From Octopus vulgaris (taxonomy: Eukaryota): a DNA stretch of 64,000 bases. This document shows, piece by piece, positions 62,965 to 64,000 of the stretch. The translations under genes were made by a program, and so were the position numbers. The first letter of the stretch is position 1. Every line of letters begins with the position of its first letter. The stretch is taken from assembly GCA_951406725.2 (NCBI GenBank), contig OX597824.1, forward strand, positions 78,802,001-78,866,000, written 5' to 3'. The notes beneath the pieces were generated by a model that did no database searches, was not told the DNA's origin, and saw nothing but the letters and a program-made list of their open reading frames with translations.

Positions 62965-64000
62965 GAAGCAGTCCCTCCAGTGAAAGTCAATCCAGTGTGC
63001 AGTCTGGGGCAATGGCCACATTTAATCATGCTGGAAAGAGCAAATCAAGTACTGTCCACCATCGATCGCCCATTCGTCCATTTTTCTGCTGTGGCAGTGA
63101 ACTGTCCCTCGTCAGTATCGTTGAGCTCCACGAGCGACAAACTGCTACACTTTCGTTAACTTCAGGCTCCTCGCAGATAAGTAGTGAACCGATCTTGTTG
63201 AAGCAGCATGCCCTATCTGACTCCCTACAGATTGAACAAACCAAAAAACACACAGATTGCCCCTCTTCGTGCCAACATTGCGGATACAAATCAAATGTCG
63301 GTATGGAAGCTGCTTCAGGCTCATGTTCAGGATCGCCACCAAAGAACAAACACAAGAAACCTTGGTCTATCAAATTTCGAGACAAACAATCTAAGCAGTC
63401 CCGCTACATGGGTTACTCACAACCCTGTGTTGGAACTTCTAGATGCTCAAACTTTTCCAGTTGTGAACACCAGCTGCTACTGGCCACTTGTTCACAACGA
63501 CCATCATCTTCCAACTTCATGTTGACTCCATCTTGCCAAATCTCCACAAACACTGTCTTGCGTTTACCGAAGAGTCGCCATCATCGGAAGCACCATTCAA
63601 AGAAAACTTTATTCAGTCCTGTCGACAAGCAGCACCATCGAATGTCAGCCAGGCAGTTTGCTGGATCTTTAAACAACATTAACAACACTTCGAGTTCAGT
63701 TGGCTGTTCCACTGATAACATCGGCACAACTTGTCATCAACAACAGCAACAGGAGGGTCAACAAACTAGTTCCAGAATTGCTGGAAGCCACGTAGATAGA
63801 AATACATTTTGTGCATGCCGCAATTTTCGGTCTGTTTCCACATTGGCACCTAACGACCAACTCTGCTCGTCGTTCCAGCAGAGCTGTTCTCTGCAGGCTA
63901 ATCCCGGAAGCCACAGCCAGTTCTCTCTAGATTATTTCAACGACGACGACTTCAACGATGCACCCATTCAGGATTACCCACCACACGAAGCTACCAACAG
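62965..64000 (+). CDS. Large coding exon, 3'-incomplete (runs off the window); Ser/Gln/His/Cys-rich, probably disordered region of an unidentified protein
   Basis: Pyrimidine tract TTTTTCTTTCTTTTATTTTGATACAG ends at 62964. The frame starting at 62967 has no stop to 64000: SSPSSESQSSVQSGAMATFNHAGKSKSSTVHHRSPIRPFFCCGSELSLVSIVELHERQ...PPKNKHKKPWSIKFRDKQSKQSRYMGY...QQQQQEGQQ...FSLDYFNDDDFNDAPIQDYPPHEATN. In-frame ATG at 63012 in GCAATGG context. GC content is higher than the flanks and no repeats are present. Confidence 0.85.

Noticed and set aside
63026-63914. Short ORFs listed in the track over the terminal exon
   Set aside because: Alternative-frame or antisense shadows of the single long + strand frame beginning at 62967.

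Overview
AT-rich eukaryotic DNA, not prokaryotic. It is dominated by (TA/TG/CA)n microsatellites and by several tRNA-derived SINE families that I recognise from memory as typical of Octopus genomes; no search was run. Nearly all ORFs in the supplied track are artefacts of microsatellites or SINEs. The one convincing host coding segment is missing from the track because it runs off the window end: a + strand exon starting at 62965 after a pyrimidine tract and AG, open for about 344 codons to 64000 and rich in Ser, Gln, His and Cys. A CpG-rich candidate upstream exon (ATG 33727, GC-type donor at 33779) would splice to it in frame across about 29 kb, so much of the window is probably intron. The transposon complement includes CR1 and RTE LINE fragments, a Buster-type hAT, two Merlin-like MITEs, Tc1/mariner and piggyBac MITEs, a pogo/Tigger transposase relic, two non-autonomous Helitrons with shared ends and different cores, a Helentron/DINE-like element, and Penelope-like pieces carrying hammerhead-ribozyme motifs. 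There are also several long fold-back structures and local duplications. Coordinates, identities and mismatch counts were read by eye and are approximate.
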